Below the pieces are notes generated by a model. The model worked only from the letters and a program-made list of their open reading frames with translations. It did not search any database and was not told the origin of the DNA. DNA of 35,768 bases, the filler included, from Candidatus Woesearchaeota archaeon (GTDB taxonomy: Archaea; Nanobdellota; Nanobdellia; Woesearchaeales; WAPY01): NCBI GenBank assembly GCA_049700835.1. It is 3 parts of 3 records of this genome, joined end to end, with 100 filler letters (N's around TTAATTAATTAA, not from the genome) between each part and the next. Parts side by side here need not be neighbours in the genome. Positions count along the whole stretch, not along the records: positions 2,247 to 12,020 come from JBNAUL010000003.1; positions 12,121 to 35,768 come from JBNAUL010000004.1; 1 more part is not named here. One strand, 5' to 3'. Positions 9,542 to 19,700 of the stretch are shown in pieces (position 1 is the first letter of the stretch; every line of letters begins with the position of its first letter). Position numbers and translations under genes: made by a program.

Positions 9542-11719
9542 ATGAAAAAAGAGGTGTTAGATTTAATGACTGGAGAAAAGGGAGGAGGCAATGAAGAAAA
9601 AACAAACTTGTTTGCAAATTTTACAAACAGCATTTCTTCAACATTAAAGAATTTTGGAGAGAAAATAAAAGGTTTTTTCAGCTCAGTTTTCAGTAAGAAG
9701 AATAGGTCTGAAAAATCTGATGACAAAAAACCAAGAAATCTGATTCATGACACGCACACCTCTGATTTAGTCCATAAGATAGACAGCAAATTATTGCTTG
9801 AAGTATCGCTGATTGCAGGAATATTGGCAGTATTGTATTGGATTGGGATTTTGAGGTTCAACATATTAGGAATTTTCACTGCAGTCATCGTTGTGCTTAT
9901 TGTCTTAATAAGTCTTGGAAATCCTGAAAAAAGAAGAACAAGGTTCATTTGGCTTTTGGTTTTTGGGATATTGTTCTTGCTTGCTCCTTATTACCTGCCA
10001 TTTATTACCACTTTGCTTCCAAGAGAGCTCGCAATCTTTTTTAAGGGAGGCCCTGTTGGGCAAAAAGAGATTTACGGAGCTTCTTTTCAAACAAGAACAA
10101 GCAGAGGATTTAAAGAATTGAGTGCTGAATGGGTTGATAGACTTAAGAAGAGCCAAGAGATGATTAATGAAAGGATAAATTGCGCGATGGGAGAGTGCCC
10201 TGAAGGAGAAGCAGAGGGTCCAAAGATAGGAATTAATCTTTACGAACCAAAGCCGTTTGTTGAGAAAAAATATGTTGTTGGAGACGATATCTCATTTTCA
10301 TCTGTAATTGAGGGAGTTAACCTTGACATTTACCCTGAAAAAAAATTGAAGGTTGAGTGTTCTATTGACAAAAAAGAGTTAACGCCTACGCCAAATGAAA
10401 TTCCTTTTTCTGATTTAAGCAACAATCAAAGAATAATAACCTGCAATGGTAGAATAAGGGATAATGATGATTTTATTAACGAATTGAATGTCAGCGTTGT
10501 CTTTGACTTCACAACAGAATCAGAGTTAAAAATGTACATAATGAAGAGAGAAATAAGAGATAGTTTATACCAAATTTTTGGTCCTGATTTTATGTACTCT
10601 GTTTTTGGAATCAATGTTGAAGGAATTGCAAAGTTCAATGACGGCCCAATAAATCTTGGAATAGCAACCCCTCAAAAGATTATTGCATTATCAGAAGATG
10701 AGAAAACAACAGAACTTTACATTGCTCTTACAAACCAATGGTATGGGTTCAACGGCTTTATTACAAAGATAAAGAACATAGAAATATTTCTACCAGAGGG
10801 GGTTGAAATAACAAATTATGATGATCAAGCATGCCCTTTTGTAAAGAGCGGAGACCATTATGTTATAAGTTCAACAAAATCAGAAGAGCCGCCTGTTCAT
10901 CTGTTGAGAAACTTTGTTTGCAGTTTGCAATTCAACAAGAAGGATTTTACAGAGCATCCTCTATGGATGCCTTCAATAAAAGTTGTTTCTGAGTACGAAT
11001 ACAGAATATCGAAGTCAACAACAATAAACATTTACAAAACAAAGGAGCAGCTTGAACAGCAGCTTGAGCAACATACAGGGAAAACTTCAGATTCAACAAC
11101 AACTTCTAATGATGGAACTACAACTTCTAGTGAAGGAACAAAAACTGCAAGTTCTGAGTGGAGTTGGCCTGCTGGAAAGTATAATGGAGAGTATTCAATT
11201 TACAATTGTTATGGCATTGGTTGGGGTTATAGTTCTGATTTTCATCATGGTTTTGACATAGAAGCAGATGGAGATGAAAGCTATAAGGCAGACATCTTTG
11301 CTGTTTCTGATGGAAGTGTTGAAACAGTTGTTGACGGCTGTCCTGAATGCAAGTGCATAAATGGAAACGAGGCATGTTGTTCCTGCAATGGGCAGAGTTA
11401 TGGAAACTATGTTATAATAAATCATGGAAATGTTAATGGAAAAAATGTTAAAACGCTCTATGCTCATTTGAAAAGCGGAAGCATAAAAGTCAGCAAAGGA
11501 GATGATGTTTCTAAAGGGCAGATTATTGCAACCATGGGTTCCTCAGGATACTCTACTGATGTTCACCTGCATTTTGAGGTTTTTGAAGACGGTTCAAGGG
11601 TGAATCCAATAAACTATTTTGATAAGAACAGCGTAACTTTAAAAATGATTAATCCTGACTGCAAGGGCAAGGATGCTTTTGATGTTTGCACAAAACCAAA
11701 ACCCGAGAGTTGTCCGTAA
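9542..11719 (+). CDS. Multi-TM membrane-anchored protein with large ectodomain, Ser/Thr linker and C-terminal peptidase M23 domain
   Basis: About three N-terminal TM helices; linker TSDSTTTSNDGTTTSSEGTKT; M23 motifs WP, HHGFD (HxxxD, 11243-11257), YGNYVIINH, TLYAHL, V.KGD.V.KGQ.I..MGSSG.ST..HLHFEV (HxH, 11564-11572), VNP. Confidence 0.93.
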   Translation: MKKEVLDLMTGEKGGGNEEKTNLFANFTNSISSTLKNFGEKIKGFFSSVFSKKNRSEKSDDKKPRNLIHDTHTSDLVHKIDSKLLLEVSLIAGILAVLYWIGILRFNILGIFTAVIVVLIVLISLGNPEKRRTRFIWLLVFGILFLLAPYYLPFITTLLPRELAIFFKGGPVGQKEIYGASFQTRTSRGFKELSAEWVDRLKKSQEMINERINCAMGECPEGEAEGPKIGINLYEPKPFVEKKYVVGDDISFSSVIEGVNLDIYPEKKLKVECSIDKKELTPTPNEIPFSDLSNNQRIITCNGRIRDNDDFINELNVSVVFDFTTESELKMYIMKREIRDSLYQIFGPDFMYSVFGINVEGIAKFNDGPINLGIATPQKIIALSEDEKTTELYIALTNQWYGFNGFITKIKNIEIFLPEGVEITNYDDQACPFVKSGDHYVISSTKSEEPPVHLLRNFVCSLQFNKKDFTEHPLWMPSIKVVSEYEYRISKSTTINIYKTKEQLEQQLEQHTGKTSDSTTTSNDGTTTSSEGTKTASSEWSWPAGKYNGEYSIYNCYGIGWGYSSDFHHGFDIEADGDESYKADIFAVSDGSVETVVDGCPECKCINGNEACCSCNGQSYGNYVIINHGNVNGKNVKTLYAHLKSGSIKVSKGDDVSKGQIIATMGSSGYSTDVHLHFEVFEDGSRVNPINYFDKNSVTLKMINPDCKGKDAFDVCTKPKPESCP

Positions 11720-11929
11720 TATTGACTTAATACAAAATAAATTAATGTAAAATAAGTAAAAATAAATGTAAAAGATTTTAAAGATAAATTTTGATAAAGG
11801 ACAGGATTTGCAATGGAATTTAACAAACAATAAAAAATCAAGTAAAAAATCAAGAATAATAAAGAAATAATTAAAAATAATGAACAAAAATGAAAAAAAT
11901 TTTAACAAAGTTTAACAATTTGTTTTAAA

Positions 11930-12020
11930 ATGATTAAATCAAGAAAAGATTTTTTGAAAAAGGAAAAAGCAAGGTTTGTTTCAGCGAATTCATTGCTATT
12001 GATTGTATTGATTTTATTGA
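11930..12020 (+). CDS. N-terminus of an exported protein, truncated by the contig end
   Basis: MIKSRKDFLKKEKARFVSANSLLLIVLILL..., a basic region followed by a hydrophobic stretch, running into the N linker. Confidence 0.5.
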
Positions 12021-12120
12021 NNNNNNNNNNNNNNNNNNNNNNNNNNNNNNNNNNNNNNNNNNNNTTAATTAATTAANNNNNNNNNNNNNNNNNNNNNNNN
12101 NNNNNNNNNNNNNNNNNNNN
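12021..12120. other. Artificial contig linker N44-TTAATTAATTAA-N44
   Basis: Same design as 2147-2246. Confidence 0.97.
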
Positions 12121-12321
12121 TTTTATGAAGCTACTCCTTATTATAATGGTTATTGTCCTGATGGAGGAGTTTGTTATTATATAAAATCAACTACGGAGTG
12201 TTATAGTCCTTATCCAACTACTTATCCAACTCCAACTCATAGTTCAAGTGTAACAACCTCTCAAAGGTATGCTGCTTATTTTTATGATGAAAATGGAAAC
12301 CTGGTAATAGATGCAGAGTAA
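12121..12321 (+). CDS. C-terminal fragment of a Cys/Tyr-rich, Pro/Thr-linker surface protein (5' truncated)
   Basis: FYEATPYYNGYCPDGGVCYYIKSTTECYSPYPTTYPTPTHSSSVTTSQRYAAYFYDENGNLVIDAE-stop. Confidence 0.6.
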   Translation, partial: FYEATPYYNGYCPDGGVCYYIKSTTECYSPYPTTYPTPTHSSSVTTSQRYAAYFYDENGNLVIDAE

Positions 12322-12327
12322 AATTAA

Positions 12328-13164
12328 AAACAGAAAACTTTTTATTTTTCTGATATTACTGTTGGGGATTTTGTTTTGGGTTTTGATTTTGAAAATAACA
12401 AATTTATTAATGCTAGTGTTTTGAAGGTATTTCATGTTTTGAAAGAGAGCGTTGTTTATAACTTCAGCTTATTTAATGGTTTTAATTTATTTGTAACTCA
12501 AGAACATCCAATTTATATTTTGAACTATAGTAATTTTGGTGTTTTTTTTGGCTAAGAACTTGAATGTTGGAGATCCTATTGCTTTTTATGATGCAGATTC
12601 CAAATCATTTAAGGAAATAAAAATAGTTAAAAAAGATAGTTTTGTTATTAATTCGACTTATTATAATTTTGAAACAACTTCAGGCAATTATTTTGCTAAT
12701 GGTGTTTTGGTTCATAATGGAGCTGCTCCATCGCCTGCTACTACAAATCCTGATTTAGGAGATCTTCTTGTTTTTCAGGTGAGGAGCTTGTTTTAACTTC
12801 AAATGGTTATGTAAGATTGGATTCTTTAAAAGTCGGTGATGTTGTATTTACTTCTAATGGTTGGGATGTTATTAGCGCTTTGGATGTGCATAATAATGTT
12901 TTTGGGATTTATGAGTTGGTTTTGGAAAATGCTGATAAAATTTTTGTAACAGGAAACCATCCTGTTTTAACTCATTCTGGTTGGAAAAGAGTTGAAGATT
13001 TAAGAGCAAATGATTCTCTTTATTTTTATGATAACTTATTTGGAAAATTTAAAAATATTAGGATTGTTGGTAAAAATTGGCATCTTATCAATTTAACTGT
13101 TTATTCTTTAAGAACGAATTTTGGTTCTGATTTTTTGGTTGAAGGAATTGTTTTTAAGCAATAA
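12328..13164 (+). pseudogene. Two tandem Hint (intein/hedgehog-like) domains, frame-disrupted
   Basis: Hint 1: SDITVGDFVLGFD...FVTQEHPIY, then a frameshift at the T8 run 12542-12549, then LAKNLNVGD...YNFETTSGNYFANGVLVHN. After a linker and a second frameshift near 12755-12768, Hint 2: CFSGEELVLTSNG...LKVGD...VTGNHPVLTHSGWKRVEDL...VYSL...FLVEGIVFKQ-stop. Confidence 0.85.
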
Positions 13165-13356
13165 AGCTTTATGAATTACTTTTTGCTTTTCTTTTCTTAT
13201 TTTGTATAGTTATCTAAAGTTATCTAAATAGAAAAATTTAAATATCATATTGTTATAAGTTGTTTCTGATTAATAGGAATCATTAATATTAAAAAATATT
13301 CAAAATTAATAAATGAAAAGATAATAAAAATAATCAAGAATAAAAAAATAAAAAGA

Positions 13357-13456
13357 NNNNNNNNNNNNNNNNNNNNNNNNNNNNNNNNNNNNNNNNNNNN
13401 NNNNNNNNNNNNNNNNNNNNNNNNNNNNNNNNNNNNNNNNNNNNNNNNNNNNNNNN
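13357..13456. other. 100-N scaffold gap, probably a false gap with overlapping flanks
   Basis: ATAAAAAAATAAAAAGA ends the left flank (13340-13356) and begins the right flank (13457-13473). Confidence 0.75.
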
Positions 13457-13482
13457 ATAAAAAAATAAAAAGAGGTTTTAAA

Positions 13483-16400
13483 ATGAAGACAAGCAAACAA
13501 ATGTTGTTTTTAACACTTTTCTTTGTAGTTTTTTGCTCTGAGATTGTTTTTTCTTTTGGATCACCATCTCCGAATCAATTTAGCGATATAGGTTGCTGCG
13601 TTAGTCCTGATTACAGCATAAATTTTGATAGAAGTAGGGTTGAGTGTGAAAATTTAGGAGGAATTTATTTTGATCAACTTTGTGAAGATCTTCCATATCT
13701 TAATATTATGGGTTGTTGTGTAGATAATAGTTCTGTGACAGGAAATAAGTGCGCTTATTCAACTCAAGCATGGTGTCAAAATCAAGGAGCAAATTTTATA
13801 ACTGGCATGCAAAAAGAGGAGTGTAGTGATTATGAGTATTCATTTTCTAATTGTAAGCAAGAAAACATATTACCTGAGAACTGTACTGAAAAATTTGGAG
13901 CGGATGAAAAATGCATAAACAACACTATTTTTTATTGTGATAAAACAACCGGAGAATTAACTCCAAATTGTATTTTATGCAATAATTGCGCTCCATTTGT
14001 TTGTGACAAATCAACAGGAAAGTGTGATTTAAATAAAATTGAATCAGAACTTACAGGCGAAACTCGTAATTGTTGTTATTTTGAAGAACAGTGTCCTCAA
14101 GAGCAAAGAAATGCGAGCTTGCAATGTCCTACTAATAAACCAATTGGTTGCAATGTTGAGTGCACTATTTTTCCTTGCAAGCTTGGTTTTAAAATAAATT
14201 CTAATGATAATAAACAAAAGCCATTGTGTTGGTGCGGAAATAAACCTTATAATACTTCAACTGAAGAGGGTTATTGCTGCGGGGAAAGTTTTGAGGATTC
14301 TTATTATTTAACCCAAATGTGTGGTTCTGCTATTGGAATAATTTATGGGTATATAAAGAATTCAAGCGGAAATGGCATAAAAAATGCAAGGGTAATAGTA
14401 ACATCACAACTATCTCAAAGATTAAGCCCACCTTCAAATACAAGTGGTTTTTATGAAATTAAGGATTTAATACCAGGAGATTATTCTTTAATAGCAATTG
14501 CTTTTGATTATAATCCATCACAACAAAGCATTAATTTAATAGATTCTTCAGAAGTTAATTTTACTCTTTACAAGCCAGGAGAACAGCAATGCATTCCTAA
14601 AAGCGTTAACTTGACTTATTTTGCTGCACAGCATGTTAAGGGAAAACCATTTGTAAAATTGGAATGGAATTTAAATCAGCTTGGTTGCGAAAATATAATA
14701 TCAAGCTTTATCATTAAAAGAAATGATTGGGGTATCGCAAAATATGTTTCAGGAAATGAAAGATCATTTATTGATGAAGAAACTTCATGGGGCACTACTT
14801 ATAATTATTCAATTCAAATCCTATTTAAGGTAGGAAGTTTAAGCAACATTTTATATGCAGAAATAACAACAGGAGATTCTATTTGCGAGAATGTTTTTGA
14901 AGGGCAAGAATTCTGCTATAACCCAGAAACAGGTCAGAAAAAAGGAAATGCTAATTACAGGAGAACATGCGACGAAAATAATAAAATATCAGAATATGTT
15001 AGTAATGCGCCTAATGCAGGAACAAATACAGATTGCGAAAACTATAATCAAATATGCGTTGTTCTAAAAAACAAAAAAACAGATTGCAAGCCAAAATCTA
15101 ATTGCTTAATAAAGGGTTTGCCTCTGGGTTTGTTCTTTAGCATTCCTTCTTGCATTCAAGATTTCTGCGTTTATGATTATTCAACCACCAATGTGGATGC
15201 TTGCTATGATTGCACAAAGTTTGAATCAGGACAAATGTTTTTAAAGACATGCTATGATTTTAATTCAGAATTTGCTTGCAAGAATAATAATTGCAATTTA
15301 GACTGCACTTGGAAATACACAAATTTAGAATTCAACAGAGGAATATGCTATCCTATAGAGCAAGTTGAGAATGAAAGTGCTTGCGATGTTTGCAATCAAT
15401 TGTTTATGCACTGCACTTCAGAAGATTGTTCCTTATTAGGAAATTGTTATAAAAACAAGGATTCTTTGTGCATTAATTGCGATGGAGTAAGATGCGAAGA
15501 CTTTAGTGACAGGTTTAGTTGCGAAGGAAATTCTTTAACTCAATCAGTTTGTGGTTTTAATTTCAGCAATGATGCTTGCAACTTAAGAATTTGCAGGTGG
15601 AATTATACAACAAATTCTTGCTTTAAAGACGGGAATTATGACGGCATTCCAGATTGTGGTAACAAAGAGGGAGAATTTCGTGATTTATGCATCAGTGACA
15701 CGCAACCACCTAGATTTACAATAAATGCACAACAACCGCTTGATTCTTTAGTTATAAGTAAGGATACAGATGAGATCAAACTAACTGCAAAAGAAGATAT
15801 AATTGATTTTAGTTATTGTTTTGACACAACAAACACTTGCTGCCCTGAAAAACAATTAAATATTTTCCAAAATAGAAATGTTGTGTTTAAACCAAAAGTA
15901 GATGAAAAAGATTACATTCAATATAATAGCAACAACATTTACTACTTTAGGTATAAAGCAATAGATACAAACTTTAACATTGCTCCAATAGAAAGCATTA
16001 AGATGTTTGTTATAGCGCAGCCTTTTAACTTTAATTTAACATACGGCTTTTATCCAAAAGAAGATGGTTATGATCTTATGATTATGGCACAAACATCAAG
16101 ACCAGCTAAATGCTCTTATGAATTGACTCCTAACGTTGATACCAGTCTTAATTATACAAACTTTGGAACTTATACTGATTCGTTTGTAGCATTGTTTAGT
16201 GGAATCGCAGAAACAAGCTTTAACGCAAAGTTTACTTGCTATGATGAAGTTGGAAATGAAATAATATTCACTCCAAACTCATTTAAAATATCATATTTTA
16301 AGGATGGGCTTATTAATATAACAATAACAACTCCTTATTATCAAAGTTCAACGCCTATAGTGAGTTGGGGCGATTACGAAGTTAATATTAAAGTAGTTCC

Positions 16401-16686
16401 AGGAGTAACTATAAACAAGGTGCGTGTTGATATAAAGAAAGAAGGAAATATAATTTACTTTAAGGACTTGAATCTTAAAAATTTTGACAGCGAGAATGGC
16501 ATTTACTATTATACATTAACTTTGGATAAGAATTCAGATGATTTGGTTAAGAATTTAAGAGAGGTAGCAGGTTATTTTGATGTAGATGCTGTTTACAATG
16601 GAGTTAAGGTTAAAACAGAATATATTCTTGGAAAAGAATTTGCAATTTATACAGGGTTGCCAAAACCAACAATAACAATAACTTAA
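13483..16686 (+). CDS. Large secreted cysteine-rich protein with carboxypeptidase-regulatory-like and FN3-like domains
   Basis: AGAGG RBS and signal peptide; GCC...C...GG repeats; GIIYGYIKNSSGNGIKNARV...GFYEIKDLIPGDYSL (CarboxypepD_reg-like); VKLEWN...SFIDEETSWGTTYNYSI (FN3-like); second Cys-rich block; Ig-like C-terminus; no C-terminal TM. Confidence 0.85.
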   Translation: MKTSKQMLFLTLFFVVFCSEIVFSFGSPSPNQFSDIGCCVSPDYSINFDRSRVECENLGGIYFDQLCEDLPYLNIMGCCVDNSSVTGNKCAYSTQAWCQNQGANFITGMQKEECSDYEYSFSNCKQENILPENCTEKFGADEKCINNTIFYCDKTTGELTPNCILCNNCAPFVCDKSTGKCDLNKIESELTGETRNCCYFEEQCPQEQRNASLQCPTNKPIGCNVECTIFPCKLGFKINSNDNKQKPLCWCGNKPYNTSTEEGYCCGESFEDSYYLTQMCGSAIGIIYGYIKNSSGNGIKNARVIVTSQLSQRLSPPSNTSGFYEIKDLIPGDYSLIAIAFDYNPSQQSINLIDSSEVNFTLYKPGEQQCIPKSVNLTYFAAQHVKGKPFVKLEWNLNQLGCENIISSFIIKRNDWGIAKYVSGNERSFIDEETSWGTTYNYSIQILFKVGSLSNILYAEITTGDSICENVFEGQEFCYNPETGQKKGNANYRRTCDENNKISEYVSNAPNAGTNTDCENYNQICVVLKNKKTDCKPKSNCLIKGLPLGLFFSIPSCIQDFCVYDYSTTNVDACYDCTKFESGQMFLKTCYDFNSEFACKNNNCNLDCTWKYTNLEFNRGICYPIEQVENESACDVCNQLFMHCTSEDCSLLGNCYKNKDSLCINCDGVRCEDFSDRFSCEGNSLTQSVCGFNFSNDACNLRICRWNYTTNSCFKDGNYDGIPDCGNKEGEFRDLCISDTQPPRFTINAQQPLDSLVISKDTDEIKLTAKEDIIDFSYCFDTTNTCCPEKQLNIFQNRNVVFKPKVDEKDYIQYNSNNIYYFRYKAIDTNFNIAPIESIKMFVIAQPFNFNLTYGFYPKEDGYDLMIMAQTSRPAKCSYELTPNVDTSLNYTNFGTYTDSFVALFSGIAETSFNAKFTCYDEVGNEIIFTPNSFKISYFKDGLINITITTPYYQSSTPIVSWGDYEVNIKVVPGVTINKVRVDIKKEGNIIYFKDLNLKNFDSENGIYYYTLTLDKNSDDLVKNLREVAGYFDVDAVYNGVKVKTEYILGKEFAIYTGLPKPTITIT

Positions 16687-16766
16687 TTTTATTTTTTTAT
16701 AATTTGTTATGTTTTATTTTTAATTTTTGTTATTGCATTTTTATTTTTTATTTGAGAGGATGCAGA

Positions 16767-19700
16767 ATGATTTTTTCAAAGGATAAAAAAAGATGTGATA
16801 TGCACAAAGAGTTAGGTTTATTTATGTTTTTCTTCTTAATAATTTTAATCCTTTTTGTTTTAACAGAGAATTCTCTTGCAATCGATCTTGCAATATCGCA
16901 AACATCCAATCCTTTGCCTCTTATAAGAGTTGATTTTACAGAACCGGTAAATGTTACAAATGCAGTTTTGTTAAATATGGATGCAAAAAAACAAATCGGT
17001 ATAGAACTTCAAGAAAATATTAATAATCAAACTTTGAAATACTTACCAAAAGAGAATTTAATAGAAGGTCTTTACAACTTTACGATATTCTATTCTGATT
17101 TAAAAATCGAAGGGCTTAATGATTTTAAAACTTATCTTTTCAGAGTTAATTTTTCAATTCCAAGAAAACCAGTTAATCTAACAATCAATACTGTTGATAG
17201 TTTAGAAGCAGGAGAAACAGTAGATTATTTGATAGAAGCAAATTATGAAGATGGTTCAAGTTTAACAATAACTCACAACAGTGAATTAGAGAATTATTTA
17301 AGTGTTACTTCTAATGATACAAGAATTTTAACTGTTTCAAAGAACCCTGCAAAAATAACAGGTATTAATCCAGGATTAGCTGAGATAATGGCATATTATC
17401 TTCAAGCGAACGGTTCAAAAGCAATAGAAGTTAAAGAACCGCCTTTTATAAAAATGCTAACTCCTTGGAATAATGGAACTCATGCTTATGCAAGTTCTGA
17501 TAAATTTGATATAATTATTTATACATTCAGAGATTCTGAATGCAATTGGTCAACTGCAACAAATAACAAAGAGTACATGCAATCTTTTAATGAAGAAAGC
17601 AATGAAAACATTTTTAATTATCATATTTTAAGAGATTTTTCTTTTATTGGAAGTTCAACAAACTTTTATGTCTATTGCATAGCAAATGATAATAGCAGAG
17701 AAGAGTTAAAAACTTATTTGATACGAAAAGAAACAAACGTTCCAAAGATAACATTGCAAGTTAATAATGTTTATAATCCAATTTATGGAACAAGATTATT
17801 TATAAATAATATAAACGCATATACTGATAAACCAGCGGTTTGCAAATATGCATATGATCTTGAAGATATGTTTGATTATAACTACCAGGAGTTAAATTTT
17901 GATGCCTTGCCTTATTATTTTAAAACTTATCAGGATAAATTAGAGTCAGAAATAGATTTTTCAACTTATGTAACCTCTCACAAAATAACGCTTCAAAATT
18001 TAGAGGATAAAAATAGTTACAAGGTTGTTGTTATTTGCAAAGGGCTTTCTAATCTAACTTCTGAGCAAGCAACAGCAACATTTGTTGTGGATAGTGGAGC
18101 AGAACCAAAAATGGAGATTTTAAGCCCTCCAAGGTATATCTCAACAACAGGAACAAGTAAAAGCATTAGTTTTAATGTTTGGACAAACAGATTTGCTCTT
18201 TGCGAGTATTCAAATGTTTCAAACTTTGAACCTAAAGAAGGAATGAGTTCAACAGATAGTTTAAATCATAGACTTCACAAGACATTTCAAGTAGGAACAT
18301 ACACTGTTTACTTCCTCTGCACTTTTTATACTACAAACGATGAAATTTCAAAGGATTATACTTTTACTATAGATAATTCTGCTCCAATTCTTTACTATGT
18401 TAATGATTCCACAGAATACGCAAATCCAGAACAATCAGGCACTAATAATAGTTTAAGGTTTAAAGTTATTGCAGAGGATAACGAGTCGGGTTTGGTTAAA
18501 ATTAACTTTTCTTTGTGGCAGAAAGGTTCAAATGAAAGCAATAAAAAAATCCTTGATTGGAGATTGATAAATTATGATAACTCTTGGATTAGAGTTGAGA
18601 ATTTAAATCTTGAGAACATGACAACATATTACTTTAATGTTAGCGTTATTAATGATGTAGGAATTTCTTCTAACTTTAGCGTTAGCGATGGGGTGACAAT
18701 AAACACTTCTCTATTGCCTCCAATGAATTTATGTAGCAATTATGTTTTCAACCCAGAAATTAATGAAACAGATGTTGATTGCGGCGGAAATATTTGCAAT
18801 AAATGTACTTATGGAAAAAATTGCACTCTTGATTCTGATTGTTTGACTGGTTTTTGTAACAAGATTAAAAAGAAGTGCGGTTTTGCAAATGAAACGAATG
18901 AAACCTGTAATAACAACAAAAAGGATGGAGATGAAACAGATGTTGATTGCGGTGGCTCTTGTGATCCTTGCGCTAAGGGAGAATCTTGCAAAAAGAATTC
19001 TGATTGCAAGTCAGGATTAGAATGTTCATCTGGAAAATGCTCTGAAAAGAAAGAATGCAATAGAGAGATAGACGAAGATTGCGATGGAGTAGAAGATGAT
19101 TTTGATTTATGCCCACAAACTCCTGCTGGAGAGGGCGTGGATGAAGATGGTTGTTCTGATTCTCAAAAGAAGTCTGAAGAGGAAAAAGATACAGATGGAG
19201 ATGGAATGCCTGATTGGTGGGAGAAAAAGTATGGTTTGGATCCTAATGACCCAAGCGATGCTAACGAAGATTTGGATAAGGATGGTTACACTAATTTAGA
19301 GGAATATAATAATAAAACAGACCCAACTGTTAAAAACAAAAAAACTACAGAAGAAACAACAACAAGAGAAAAGAAAGGTTTTCCTATTTTATTATTGATT
19401 TTATTATTGATTCTTATTGGAGGTTTGATTGGATTTTTGGTTTACACTCAATTTGTTAAGCCTAAAGGAAAAACCAAGGTTAAAAAACAAGAGAAAACTC
19501 GAGAGATAAAATTGTCTGAAATAAAACAACCAACATCTCAATCTCTAAGCGCAACCCAACAGAAATTACCAGGTATTCCAAAAGTTGAATTTAAGCAGGA
19601 ACCAATGTTCAAGAAGCCAGAACAAGTCGCTCCATTAACTCCAGAACAACTTGCTGCAATAAGGAGAAAAGCAAGGGTTGAGGAGAAGAAGAGAATATTT

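Noticed and set aside
12265..12321. YFYDENGNL as an RHS/YD repeat implying a polymorphic toxin
   Set aside because: Single occurrence, no RHS core motif, and no toxin or immunity gene after the Hint domains
12311..12424. Hydrophobic ORF MQSKIKNRKLFIFLILLLGILFW...
   Set aside because: Alternative frame of the T-rich Hint 1 sequence; the Hint frame carries the recognisable motifs
13245..13500. ORFs spanning N runs (also 34131-34448)
   Set aside because: Artefacts of translating through gaps
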